From assembly GCA_041891055.1 (NCBI GenBank), contig CP169074.1, positions 388,795 to 420,794 on the forward strand: a stretch of DNA of 32,000 nt, in the 5' to 3' direction. Made by a program: the position numbers and the translations under genes. Under the pieces are notes generated by a model. That model was not told where the DNA came from. It made no database searches and was given only the letters and a program-made list of their open reading frames with translations. Below are positions 1 through 7,910 of the stretch, piece after piece (position 1 is the first letter of the stretch; each line of letters starts with the position of its first letter). The stretch comes from Halorutilales archaeon Cl-col2-1. GTDB taxonomy: Archaea > Halobacteriota > Halobacteria > Halobacteriales > Afararchaeaceae.

Positions 1-27
1 CGTCGAAGCAGTCGGGGAGATACTAGG

Positions 28-1875
28 CTAGTTCCCGTGTTTGGTCACGCAGTATCTCAGACCCTCGACCTCGACAGCCTCGACGTCGGGAGCCTTTACG
101 ACCGCCTCGCCCTTTCCGAATGTCGGTATCTCCGACCTGAACTGTGAGGGTATAGACGGCACTCTCTCGACGACCTCGTCCCTGAGACCCATGAAGATAT
201 TCGTGTTTATCTGTTTGAGTATCTCGTCGTCTATGTCCTCGGGGTTCTGTGTGATCATACCGAGTCCGAGTAGATCCTTTCTTCCCTGCTTGACTGCGGC
301 TCGTGCCTTCTCGACGACGTAACGTCCTCTCGTGGTGTCCGCCTCGGCGAAGTAGTTGTGTGCCTCGTCTGTGGCTACGAATATAGGAGTGTTCTTTATC
401 TCGTCGTCGACGTCGTGTTCGGATATCTTGTTCTCTATCACGAGAGCGAGCAAAGACAGGACGACGAGATCCTCGACCGCTCCTCTTATGTGGCTCGTGG
501 GTATCACAGTAGTCTGTCCCTCGTCGAAGACGTCGTCGGTGATCTCCGTGAGGGGGTCGGTTCCGTTGTCGAAGACACGGTGGTAGACGCCGTTGTCTAC
601 GACGCGTCTCATGACGGCGTCCCACGTCGCGTCGGCTATGCTGTTTGCCTCCTTTACAGCGTTGACCTCCGACGAGTCGTTTGTCTCCATGTAGTCGGTG
701 AATCCCTCGTATGTCGGATCGTCCGCGGTCGAGAAGTAGGCGTTGAGACAGTCGGAGATAGCACGGCGCGTCACGGGCGACGGGTCGAACGGCATCAGGA
801 GTTCGGGCACGTCGTCGACTATTCCGAAAGGCACCGTGAACTCGCGGTACGAGGGAGCCGAGGGGGCGGGGGCTCCTGCAACGGTTGGGACGAAGACCTC
901 AAGGTCGTCTATCCCACCAGTCTTGACGCCGCGTCTCCGGAGACGTCTCTCGTCGTCTTCGGGGAGTTCGGGGTTGTCCTCCGACATCTCGACGTACTCG
1001 CCCTCGGGATCTATAACTACCGTGTTCAGGCGCATACGGAGTGTCTCACCGCTACCGTACTCGTCTATGGGATACCTCTTCTCCGACGAAAGCTGACGCA
1101 GGATGTTCTTCGTGAAATGCGTCTTACCCTTTCCCGTCGAACCCGCGACGAGCATATGCCGGAAGACTGCGGGCTCGCCCTCTTCGACCTCGCCCGACGG
1201 GTCGATACCCGGGTTTTCGAGGTAGTAGGCAAGCGGCTCGCCGTCGACCTCTATCCTGCGTCCTCCGACAGCCATGTACCCCGCGAATATGCCGTCACCA
1301 GGGACGTTGAGGCCCGTTCGGAGGACGTCCTCGTCACGCGCGAGAGACGACGGAGTGTTGGGCTTCGGAATCTGATCGACGGGCTTACGTCCGTATCCGT
1401 CGCCGTCTCCCTCGGATTCGACTATCGAGAGAGGCTTCGTCTCTGCGACCAAGACGAACTCCCTCTCGTCGACCTCGTCACCGAGGCTGACCTCGGCGTA
1501 CGACTGTGACTTGTCGTTGACCTGAGTGTAGGGTTCGTACCTCAGCGACGAGACGACCGCAAAGAGGTACTTCTCCGAGCCGTCACCGACACTGTAGGGT
1601 ATCTGGACGTAGTCGCCGAGACGTATCTCGTCACGTCTGTCTATGTCGACGTAGATGTTGATCTTGTTCTCGGTGTCGCCGACTATGATCCTCTCGCTCG
1701 CGAGTATGTGTCCGACAGTCGCCTCCGAATCCGACGGCGACTCCGTCTTGGGAGAGGGGTAGTCGCCCTCGGGTATCGTCGAGGAGCCGGTCGGGACGTC
1801 GGTGTCCGAGTTGGGGTTGGGATTACTGTCAGAGTCAGATCCCCATGGCTCGTCTTCGAGTATGTCGTCTTCCAT
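28..1875 (-). CDS. herA: HerA-type (DUF87/FtsK-class) hexameric ATPase-helicase, partner of NurA
   Basis: 615-aa ORF. Walker A is LVAGSTGKGKTHF and Walker B is IFVATDEAHNYF. A late motif, GMITQNPEDIDDEILKQINTNIF, is typical of HerA. A beta-barrel-like segment (GHILASERIIVGD...RLGDYVQIPY) precedes the ATPase core. It is the next minus-strand gene after nurA-rad50-mre11. The first ~55 aa are low-complexity and acidic. Confidence 0.85.
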   Translation of the reverse strand: MEDDILEDEPWGSDSDSNPNPNSDTDVPTGSSTIPEGDYPSPKTESPSDSEATVGHILASERIIVGDTENKINIYVDIDRRDEIRLGDYVQIPYSVGDGSEKYLFAVVSSLRYEPYTQVNDKSQSYAEVSLGDEVDEREFVLVAETKPLSIVESEGDGDGYGRKPVDQIPKPNTPSSLARDEDVLRTGLNVPGDGIFAGYMAVGGRRIEVDGEPLAYYLENPGIDPSGEVEEGEPAVFRHMLVAGSTGKGKTHFTKNILRQLSSEKRYPIDEYGSGETLRMRLNTVVIDPEGEYVEMSEDNPELPEDDERRLRRRGVKTGGIDDLEVFVPTVAGAPAPSAPSYREFTVPFGIVDDVPELLMPFDPSPVTRRAISDCLNAYFSTADDPTYEGFTDYMETNDSSEVNAVKEANSIADATWDAVMRRVVDNGVYHRVFDNGTDPLTEITDDVFDEGQTTVIPTSHIRGAVEDLVVLSLLALVIENKISEHDVDDEIKNTPIFVATDEAHNYFAEADTTRGRYVVEKARAAVKQGRKDLLGLGMITQNPEDIDDEILKQINTNIFMGLRDEVVERVPSIPSQFRSEIPTFGKGEAVVKAPDVEAVEVEGLRYCVTKHGN

Positions 1876-1941
1876 TAGGGCTTAATCGCGGGGCAAGACA
1901 GATGAAGCTACCGCCCTCGTTTGTCGGCGTCTCGAAAGTCC

Positions 1942-1959
1942 ATCTTGGGACAAGATCTT
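1942..1959. promoter_or_regulatory. Overlapping palindromes (atcttg-gga-caagat and aagatctt) abutting the vapB TATA-like box; candidate antitoxin operator
   Basis: atcttg (1942-1947) is the exact reverse complement of caagat (1951-1956). aagatctt (1952-1959) is a perfect 8-bp palindrome. Both sit in the 94-nt herA/vapB divergent spacer. Confidence 0.3.
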
Positions 1960-1966
1960 TATTTAT
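1958..1966 (+). promoter_or_regulatory. TATA-like box tttatttat upstream of vapB
   Basis: This is the only A/T-only 9-mer in the spacer. The in-frame ATG at 1985 lies ~23 nt downstream, which suits a leaderless archaeal transcript. The ATG at 1970 is only ~8 nt away. Confidence 0.35.
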
Positions 1967-1969
1967 GGC

Positions 1970-2251
1970 ATGAATACTGTATCTATGACAGTAGAAACGG
2001 ATTCACACGGACGTCTCTATCTCTCGTCTGAGCTGAGAGACAGGTACGGCGAGAAGTTTCACGTAGTTGAGTATGAGGACAGGATCGAACTCATACCCAT
2101 AGACGACGACCCGCTTGAGGCGGCTCGAGACGCAGCCGGCGACGCCTTTGAGGGAGAGTCAGCCGAGGAGCTTAGGCAAGAGGCTCTCGAACAAGCCAAG
2201 TCTGAATCCAGAGAAGACATTCAGCCCGCGAGAAGAGAAGACGACGGATGA
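1970..2251 (+). CDS. vapB: AbrB/SpoVT-family antitoxin (VapB-like)
   Basis: The N-terminus looks like a swapped hairpin (DSHGRLYLSSELRDRYGEKFHVVEYEDRIELIPI), followed by an acidic tail. The stop overlaps the start of the downstream PIN gene (ATGA at 2248-2251). The true start may be the ATG at 1985 (MTVETD...). Confidence 0.75.
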   Translation: MNTVSMTVETDSHGRLYLSSELRDRYGEKFHVVEYEDRIELIPIDDDPLEAARDAAGDAFEGESAEELRQEALEQAKSESREDIQPARREDDG

Positions 2252-2631
2252 CGGTATACGTCGAGACCGACTTCCTGATAGCTCTCGTAAAGGACGACGA
2301 CTGGCTACAGGAACGCGCAGAAGAAGCTCTAGAAGAGCGTGACGTCGTGACTTCTCCGTTTTCTTACCTCGAACTACTTATCATCCGAGAACGTCACGAG
2401 TACGACTATGTCCGTCTATTCTCTAACCTGCTTGAAGTAGTCCCCGCCGGCTCAGACGATGAGAATCAAGCCGTTCTGAAAGCCATCGACTACTATGAGA
2501 AGGGAATGACTCCGTTCGATGCCTTCCACGCCGCGATTGCGGAGAACCGTGGTCTGGGTCTTCTTTCCTCCGACAAGGCATACGAAGACGTCGATCCTGA
2601 GAGACTACCCTTGGAGCCGGACGACGTGTAG
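2248..2631 (+). CDS. vapC: PIN-domain ribonuclease toxin (VapC-like)
   Basis: 127 aa with the usual PIN acidic pattern: VYVETDFLIAL (N-terminal D), SYLELL, TPFDAFHAA and LLSSDKAY. It is translationally coupled to the upstream AbrB-type gene. Confidence 0.85.
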   Translation: MTVYVETDFLIALVKDDDWLQERAEEALEERDVVTSPFSYLELLIIRERHEYDYVRLFSNLLEVVPAGSDDENQAVLKAIDYYEKGMTPFDAFHAAIAENRGLGLLSSDKAYEDVDPERLPLEPDDV

Positions 2632-2743
2632 ATTGATCTTGGTGGTCGTGTCTTTCCTCTGTCATGTCATATATCTCCGATAGGAAAGAACCATAAGATA
2701 TCAAAGAGTTGAGTTATCCATACTCAGGAGGAGACCTTGATTA

Positions 2744-4915
2744 ATGTCAGATGTAGCTTCACTACGGGATTCTCTAAAGTCGATATATGAACGGATAGAC
2801 GAGGATATGAGCGAGCGAGATGTAGAAACTCTGTTTATAGAACAGGGATTCTACGAAGCGCTCGATTACGAAGGTACGGGAACGGACATACGGAGTGAGT
2901 TTACACTTCCTAACGATCAGCGTCCTGACTACATCACTCTCGACACTAACGAGTCGGTCACTACGGTCTACGAGTTCAAGACATCGGGTCGTGAACTGTC
3001 GCCCCACAAGTCACAGCTTTTCGACTACATGGAGTATCTAAAGGCAGAACATGGAGTCCTGACAAACGGAGAGACTCTACGTCTCTACCGTCGAGGGCAG
3101 AGTTCTCCGGTTCTTGTTGTCTCCTTAGAGTCTATAACACAGAGTCAAGCCCGCGACCTCGCTGACGCTCTCTACAAACGTGAGTTCGACCTTACTAATC
3201 CCGAAGACGTCAATCAGTTCTTGGAAGAGTTAGATCCTATCCCCTTAGACGAAGAGTCCGAGCTTGGGCAGGAGCATTTCTTCGACACCTTCCGTCTCGA
3301 AGAAGGTAGTCCATTTGCGGATCTCGTAGTTGGCATGATGGACATTCTACAGGAGCTTAGGGATGAGAAGGAAGCCAAGTTCGTGAAGGGGGCGTATGAC
3401 TTCTGGGAGGCAACCTATGCGGACGAGCCAGACGATGTCCCCGACTCGTGGGAACCGTTCATCAACGGAAAACAGTCTCTACGTGACTTCATGTTCTGTC
3501 TAGAGAGTGGTCACGCTCTTCTCTCGCGTCTCCTTCTCGCAAAAGCGACTGAGGATCACGACTTCTTCGCAGGCACAGGATACAACGGCATGGGAGAGTA
3601 CTTCCGTGGACTCCAAGGCTTCGGAGAAAGTATCAACCTCGACGCGTTCCCAGTCGCAGCCGATAACCTGATAGACGATATGCAGGATCAGTTAGTCGAG
3701 GGGCTTTTCCAGGACGACATCTTCGTGTGGTGGACGGACGGATACGCCGAACAGCTTTCACGGGGACACGAAACTGGAGCCAGCCAGTTTAGGGCTGTGG
3801 CACGGGGCACGGGAGAAGTCGACCGTATCAGTGAGACTACTCGTAACCGTTTCAGTCGGGCTGTCGCGGAGATATTCTTCAACGTCCTACGCTTCGACTT
3901 TGCCGACGTTCAAGGAGACCTACTTGGCGACCTCTACCAGAAGTACTTCGACCCCGAGACGCGTAAGGCACTCGGTGAGTTCTACACTCCTCAGCCCGTC
4001 GTCGACTACATTATGGACGGTGTGGGATACGAACGCGGTATCTCAAATCAGCGTCTAATCGACCCGTCTTGTGGTTCTGGTACCTTCCTCGTAGAAGCCG
4101 TAGAAAGATACTTGGAGGACATAGAACGGTACGAAGACAATCCCGATTGGGAGGAGCATCTACAGGATCTATGTACACGTCCCCGTGTCGTGGGTCTCGA
4201 CATACACCCGTTTGCGGTTCTAATGGCACAGATACGTTTCGTAGTCGCAATTCTCCCGGCTTACAGAAAGGCGAAGGATCAGAACCCCGAGTATACACTA
4301 CGTCGGCTCCCGATCTATAGAACAGACACTCTCCGTAACGAACGTGAGCTGACGGGAGCTGATCTAGGCGACGACGGCACTCAGCAGATGACCTTCGACA
4401 CGATAACGGAGGACGAACAGGATGTCCGTATACCTGTCCCCCTCCCTGTCGAAGTAGACGAGGACGAAGTAGCTGAGACAGAGGATGGATTCCTCGTCCG
4501 ACGTGTGCAGATGCCGCTGTTCGACACTATACAGCTTGAAACGGGAGTGAGTAACTTCGGAGAGTACTTTGCGGCTCTACAAGGAGTCCTCGACACGGTC
4601 AAAGACCACATGGCTCTCGCAGAGGAGTTCGGCGGAGAGTTCGACTGGAAGTACCAGAGTGGACTAGAAGAGCGCATTAACAACTACACTTCGCAAGATT
4701 ACTCTGGGGTAGAGGAGTTCTTCGCGCCCTACGTCGACGACATGCTGGAGAACGTGCGCTACCTGAAAGAGGAGCACAACGACGGGCGGCTGTTCAAGAT
4801 GTTCGAGGACACCGTGCTCGCGCTCGTCGTCAAGAACTACATGGAGTACGACTACGTCGTGGGAATCCTCCTTACGTCCGCATCCAGAACCTCCCGGATA
4901 AGCAGAAGGAGATGA
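2744..4915 (+). CDS. Type IIG restriction-modification enzyme, N-terminal fragment (nuclease + helical + MTase motifs X-III)
   Basis: - The N-terminus resembles HSDR_N / PD-(D/E)xK: RPDYITLD...VYEFK...GVLTNGETLRLY.
- N6-adenine MTase motifs are present: GEFYTPQPVV, LIDPSCGSGTFLVEA and GLDIHPFAV.
- The frame reads ...EYDYVVG, then runs into non-homologous sequence and stops 18 codons later. Confidence 0.85.
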   Translation: MSDVASLRDSLKSIYERIDEDMSERDVETLFIEQGFYEALDYEGTGTDIRSEFTLPNDQRPDYITLDTNESVTTVYEFKTSGRELSPHKSQLFDYMEYLKAEHGVLTNGETLRLYRRGQSSPVLVVSLESITQSQARDLADALYKREFDLTNPEDVNQFLEELDPIPLDEESELGQEHFFDTFRLEEGSPFADLVVGMMDILQELRDEKEAKFVKGAYDFWEATYADEPDDVPDSWEPFINGKQSLRDFMFCLESGHALLSRLLLAKATEDHDFFAGTGYNGMGEYFRGLQGFGESINLDAFPVAADNLIDDMQDQLVEGLFQDDIFVWWTDGYAEQLSRGHETGASQFRAVARGTGEVDRISETTRNRFSRAVAEIFFNVLRFDFADVQGDLLGDLYQKYFDPETRKALGEFYTPQPVVDYIMDGVGYERGISNQRLIDPSCGSGTFLVEAVERYLEDIERYEDNPDWEEHLQDLCTRPRVVGLDIHPFAVLMAQIRFVVAILPAYRKAKDQNPEYTLRRLPIYRTDTLRNERELTGADLGDDGTQQMTFDTITEDEQDVRIPVPLPVEVDEDEVAETEDGFLVRRVQMPLFDTIQLETGVSNFGEYFAALQGVLDTVKDHMALAEEFGGEFDWKYQSGLEERINNYTSQDYSGVEEFFAPYVDDMLENVRYLKEEHNDGRLFKMFEDTVLALVVKNYMEYDYVVGILLTSASRTSRISRRR

Positions 4916-6654
4916 TGGATACCCTGTACGACGCGACCACGGGCAACTACGACATTTACAGTCCGTTCTACGAGCGGGGCCTCGACTGGCTCCGCGAGGG
5001 CTCGGGGAAACTCGGATTCATCACGCCGAACCAGTTCATGGTCACGGACTACGGCGAGGGCCTGCGGGAGGTGCTGCTCGACGAGGCCCGCATCGAGGAG
5101 GTCTACGACTTCCGGGACTCCGGGGTGTTCGAGGACGCGACGAACTATCCGGCCATCGTGATTCTGGCGGACGAACCCGAGGAGGCCAGCCGGGAGGACA
5201 ACGAAATTCGGTGCGTGCGGGTGAAAGCCGACACCGATGACGAAAGCGGACGTGAACTCGACGCGGCCATCATCGAGGCAGTGCGCGAACACCGCGTCGA
5301 GCCGGGATACTCGGACGAATTCATCGACGTGTTCGACTTCCCGCAGTCGAAACTGACCGCCGGAGACTACTGGGCGATGATGCCGCCCGAGGAGTTGCGG
5401 GTCTTCGAGAAACTGGAGTCGAAAGCGGATGATACCCTCGAAGAGATTACCGATTCAGTCTCTCACGGGACACAGACCAGTGCGAACAAAGTTTACGTAG
5501 TTGACGTTCTGGACGCCGAGCGCGTTGAATCGGGAGATACTGGTGGAACAGTGACTATCGTTCCCTCCGGCGGTACAGAGGAGTATGAGATTGAAACAGA
5601 CCTGCTAAGACCCTGGCTTCAGGGTCGTGACGTTCAACGTTGGCGGGCAGAGTGGTCCGGCCAACACGTCGTGCTACCTTACTCTGTTCAGCGAGTCGGG
5701 GAAGACGAACTTTCAGCATCACTCATCGATGCCGAGACGTTGCAAAGCGACTACCCGCTAGCGTGGGACTTCTTCAAGGCTCACGAGGAGAAACTCCGTG
5801 GGCGAGAGGGAGGCCGCTGGGAGAACAGCGACAATTGGTGGGAGTTTGGGCGACCACAAAACTTGGAAAAGTTCGAGATACCGAAAATTGTCTTCGCCCA
5901 CATCAGCGAGGACGCGACGTTCATGCTTGATGAGGTCGGTACGTGGTACTACAAAACCGCATACTCGGTCCTTCTCGAAGACGACTACCGCGACCTCACC
6001 GAGGAGATGGCTTGTCAGTTGAACTCGAAGGCGCTGGACTTCTACTTCAAGCACATCACGACGGTCAAGATGGGCGGCTTCTACGAATACCGCTCGCAGT
6101 ACGTCGAGAAACTGCCCTGTAAGACCGAAGACAGCGCCGGCGTCTTCGGGACGATGCGCGAGACAGCGGGGGAGATTGTGGACACCATCGACCTCGACAG
6201 TAAGATCGACCGCTTCCCTGAGGCGTACCTCGGCGACTACGACGGAGAACTCGACTACATCACCTACGAGTGGCAGACCCGCCGGTATCCGGTGAACGCC
6301 GACGTGCAGGGAGACGTTGATGGGAACTTCACCGTGCAAGCCGGAAGATCCGACACTATCAAAGATCCGGCTATGTACTCCAGAGATAGAGACGCGCGAA
6401 AGAAACGCGCCGAGTACGTCCACGCCGCAGTAGACGGACGTAACGTCAAGAGTGGAGAGGAGACCTCTATCCCGATACCGAGGACTGACGAAGGCGTAGA
6501 AGAGCTTCTCAGTAATCTCGAAGAAGATCGTAAAGAAGTACGGCAAACCGACATAGAGGAACTCGAAGCTGATATTGACGAGGCTGTGTACGATCTGTTT
6601 GACTTGACTGAGGAAGAACGTCAGGTGATCGAGGAATATTTGGAAGTATTCTGA
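4912..6654 (+). CDS. Type IIG restriction-modification enzyme, C-terminal fragment (MTase motifs IV-VIII + target-recognition region)
   Basis: This reading frame is open upstream of the listed ATG. From 4861 it encodes GNPPYVRIQNLPDKQKEMMD, which is catalytic motif IV. Further in come KLGFITPNQFM, NYPAIVIL and a TaqI-C-like region (NWWEFGRPQNLEKFEIPKIVF). The ATG at 4912 is probably fortuitous. Confidence 0.85.
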   Translation: MMDTLYDATTGNYDIYSPFYERGLDWLREGSGKLGFITPNQFMVTDYGEGLREVLLDEARIEEVYDFRDSGVFEDATNYPAIVILADEPEEASREDNEIRCVRVKADTDDESGRELDAAIIEAVREHRVEPGYSDEFIDVFDFPQSKLTAGDYWAMMPPEELRVFEKLESKADDTLEEITDSVSHGTQTSANKVYVVDVLDAERVESGDTGGTVTIVPSGGTEEYEIETDLLRPWLQGRDVQRWRAEWSGQHVVLPYSVQRVGEDELSASLIDAETLQSDYPLAWDFFKAHEEKLRGREGGRWENSDNWWEFGRPQNLEKFEIPKIVFAHISEDATFMLDEVGTWYYKTAYSVLLEDDYRDLTEEMACQLNSKALDFYFKHITTVKMGGFYEYRSQYVEKLPCKTEDSAGVFGTMRETAGEIVDTIDLDSKIDRFPEAYLGDYDGELDYITYEWQTRRYPVNADVQGDVDGNFTVQAGRSDTIKDPAMYSRDRDARKKRAEYVHAAVDGRNVKSGEETSIPIPRTDEGVEELLSNLEEDRKEVRQTDIEELEADIDEAVYDLFDLTEEERQVIEEYLEVF

Positions 6655-6667
6655 TCTACTCAGATCA
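6652..6667. terminator. Small inverted repeat tgatct-actc-agatca between convergent RM and nurA genes
   Basis: A 6-bp perfect stem with a 4-nt loop. The RM stop TGA (6652-6654) and the nurA stop (tca, 6665-6667) each lie in one arm. Any terminator role is inferred only. Confidence 0.2.
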
Positions 6668-7909
6668 CAGAAGCCCTCCCTCGTCCTCGTCGAGTGTCTC
6701 GTACCTCACGTCGTCGTTGTAGTCGGTGTAGTAGCCCGCTGAGATCGCTCTCTTTATCTTGTCCCTGTTCTCACGTGTGATCTTCGAGTTCTTGTCCGCC
6801 CTCATCACCGCGCGTGGGACGTCCCTCTTCTTCGCCGCCTCCTTGAGAACCTTCGCGCGCACCTTACGTCTCTTCTCGTCTGTGTCGACTACCATGTAGG
6901 GTGCGTCGGCTCTCATGACCGTCCCGAGGCTCGGGAGACGGTAGTAGAAGAAACATCTCCTGTACCTCTCGATGTCGTAGTCGAGCGAGTCCTCGACAGG
7001 GCTGAGTACCTCCGCCTCGCCCGAGTCGAAGACGACCTTCTCCTCGACGAACCACGGTGTGTAGGGTATGTACTCTATCGACGACTCGTCTCTCAGAGCC
7101 TCTCCGATAAGCTGGTTGTCCTTGTTCCAGAGTACCTCGTCGTCTGTCTTGTCTTCGAGAGACCGTATTAGGGTGCTTGAGTTCGACGTCTTGACTATTC
7201 CCACGACGGGAAGACCTCTCTCGTACTGGTGTTCGACCACACGGACGTACCTCTCGGCTATCTTCCTCAGGACGTCTGCGACGGAGAAGGCACGGTTCTC
7301 GCTGAAGTCGAGCGACCTCAGAACCTCAGTCGGGTAGATGGGTCCGTCTATGAAGAGTATGCTGTCTATCGAGTCGATGTTTCTGAGGACATGGGTACTC
7401 TCGGAGTTCTTCTGTGCGACCGCCGAGACGGTCTTTTCGAGGCGTCGAGTCTCGTATATCTCCGACTCGGGGAGACGTGTGATGTTGACGTCTATCTCGG
7501 AGCTCTCGTCCAGAGTTGAGGGTATCTCGGCGTCTCCCTTGTAGTAGTAGGTAATCTCGACAGTCCCTTTTCTCTCCACCTCGGTATCGGCGTCGCCCGT
7601 CGCCGCGATCTTGGCGTAAGCCGCGTTCGCGATCAAGCCGTTGTTGTACTCCATCGGCTGTGTCGTCGACGAGTCGACACCGTAGGTCGCGTCGTCCCAT
7701 GGGTCGTCGTCCCACGCACCCAGAGACGAGAAGCTGACCTTTCTGGGTGCGGGATCGGTGTCGTCGATAGGATAGACGTAGCCGCCCTCGTCGGCGAGTG
7801 ACGAGAGTGCCTCCCTCGCCCTCTCGGGGTTCGAGTCGGCGTCTACGGGTAGTCCCGCGTCGACCTTCTCGAACGCCTCCTCTATCAGATGGAATGCTTC
7901 GATCTCCAT
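6665..7909 (-). CDS. nurA: NurA-family 5'-3' nuclease
   Basis: NurA-like motifs are TYGVDSSTT (catalytic D-S/G-S), ILFIDGPIYP, VVGIVKTSNSS and CFFYYRLP...VMRADAP. I prefer the start at ATG 7909 (MEIEAFHL...), 1 nt after the rad50 stop. The longer ORF to 7975 would overlap rad50 by 65 nt and adds a basic R-rich peptide. Confidence 0.8.
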   Translation of the reverse strand: MEIEAFHLIEEAFEKVDAGLPVDADSNPERAREALSSLADEGGYVYPIDDTDPAPRKVSFSSLGAWDDDPWDDATYGVDSSTTQPMEYNNGLIANAAYAKIAATGDADTEVERKGTVEITYYYKGDAEIPSTLDESSEIDVNITRLPESEIYETRRLEKTVSAVAQKNSESTHVLRNIDSIDSILFIDGPIYPTEVLRSLDFSENRAFSVADVLRKIAERYVRVVEHQYERGLPVVGIVKTSNSSTLIRSLEDKTDDEVLWNKDNQLIGEALRDESSIEYIPYTPWFVEEKVVFDSGEAEVLSPVEDSLDYDIERYRRCFFYYRLPSLGTVMRADAPYMVVDTDEKRRKVRAKVLKEAAKKRDVPRAVMRADKNSKITRENRDKIKRAISAGYYTDYNDDVRYETLDEDEGGLL

Positions 7910-7910
7910 C

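Larger units (their letters stand above)
2744..6654 (+). pseudogene. Frameshifted single-chain type IIG RM gene (~1300 aa if one nt is restored at 4861-4863)
   Basis: DYVVG is encoded in the 2744 frame and GNPPY in the 4912 frame, and the two meet at gtcgtgggaat. Adding one G (gtggggaat) gives a continuous DYVVGNPPY. This could instead be a sequencing error in the G run. Confidence 0.6.

Noticed and set aside
358-1509. 383-aa plus-strand ORF (and 41-322, 743-1096) opposite herA
   Set aside because: It is antisense to an ORF with clear Walker A/B motifs. Its product is Arg/Val/Gly-rich and basic, unlike the acidic proteome. Such shadow ORFs are expected from the GAC/GTC- and GAG/CTC-rich codon usage.
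4856-4866. Programmed -1 ribosomal frameshift joining the two RM frames
   Set aside because: There is no slippery heptamer at gtcgtgggaat and no obvious downstream pseudoknot. A 1-nt indel in a G run, whether mutation or sequencing error, is the simpler reading.
5758-6546. 262-aa minus-strand ORF inside the RM gene
   Set aside because: It is antisense to a frame carrying recognisable MTase/TRD motifs. Its composition is basic with a low-complexity V/R/L bias.
2744-6654. Possibility that the large methyltransferase is a BREX PglX
   Set aside because: No other BREX genes (brxA/B/C, pglZ, brxL) are present. The N-terminal PD-(D/E)xK/HSDR_N-like domain fits a stand-alone type IIG enzyme better.
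1876-6664. Calling the islet a defined mobile element
   Set aside because: No integrase, transposase, terminal inverted repeats, flanking direct repeats or tRNA attachment site are visible. Only composition and context suggest horizontal origin.
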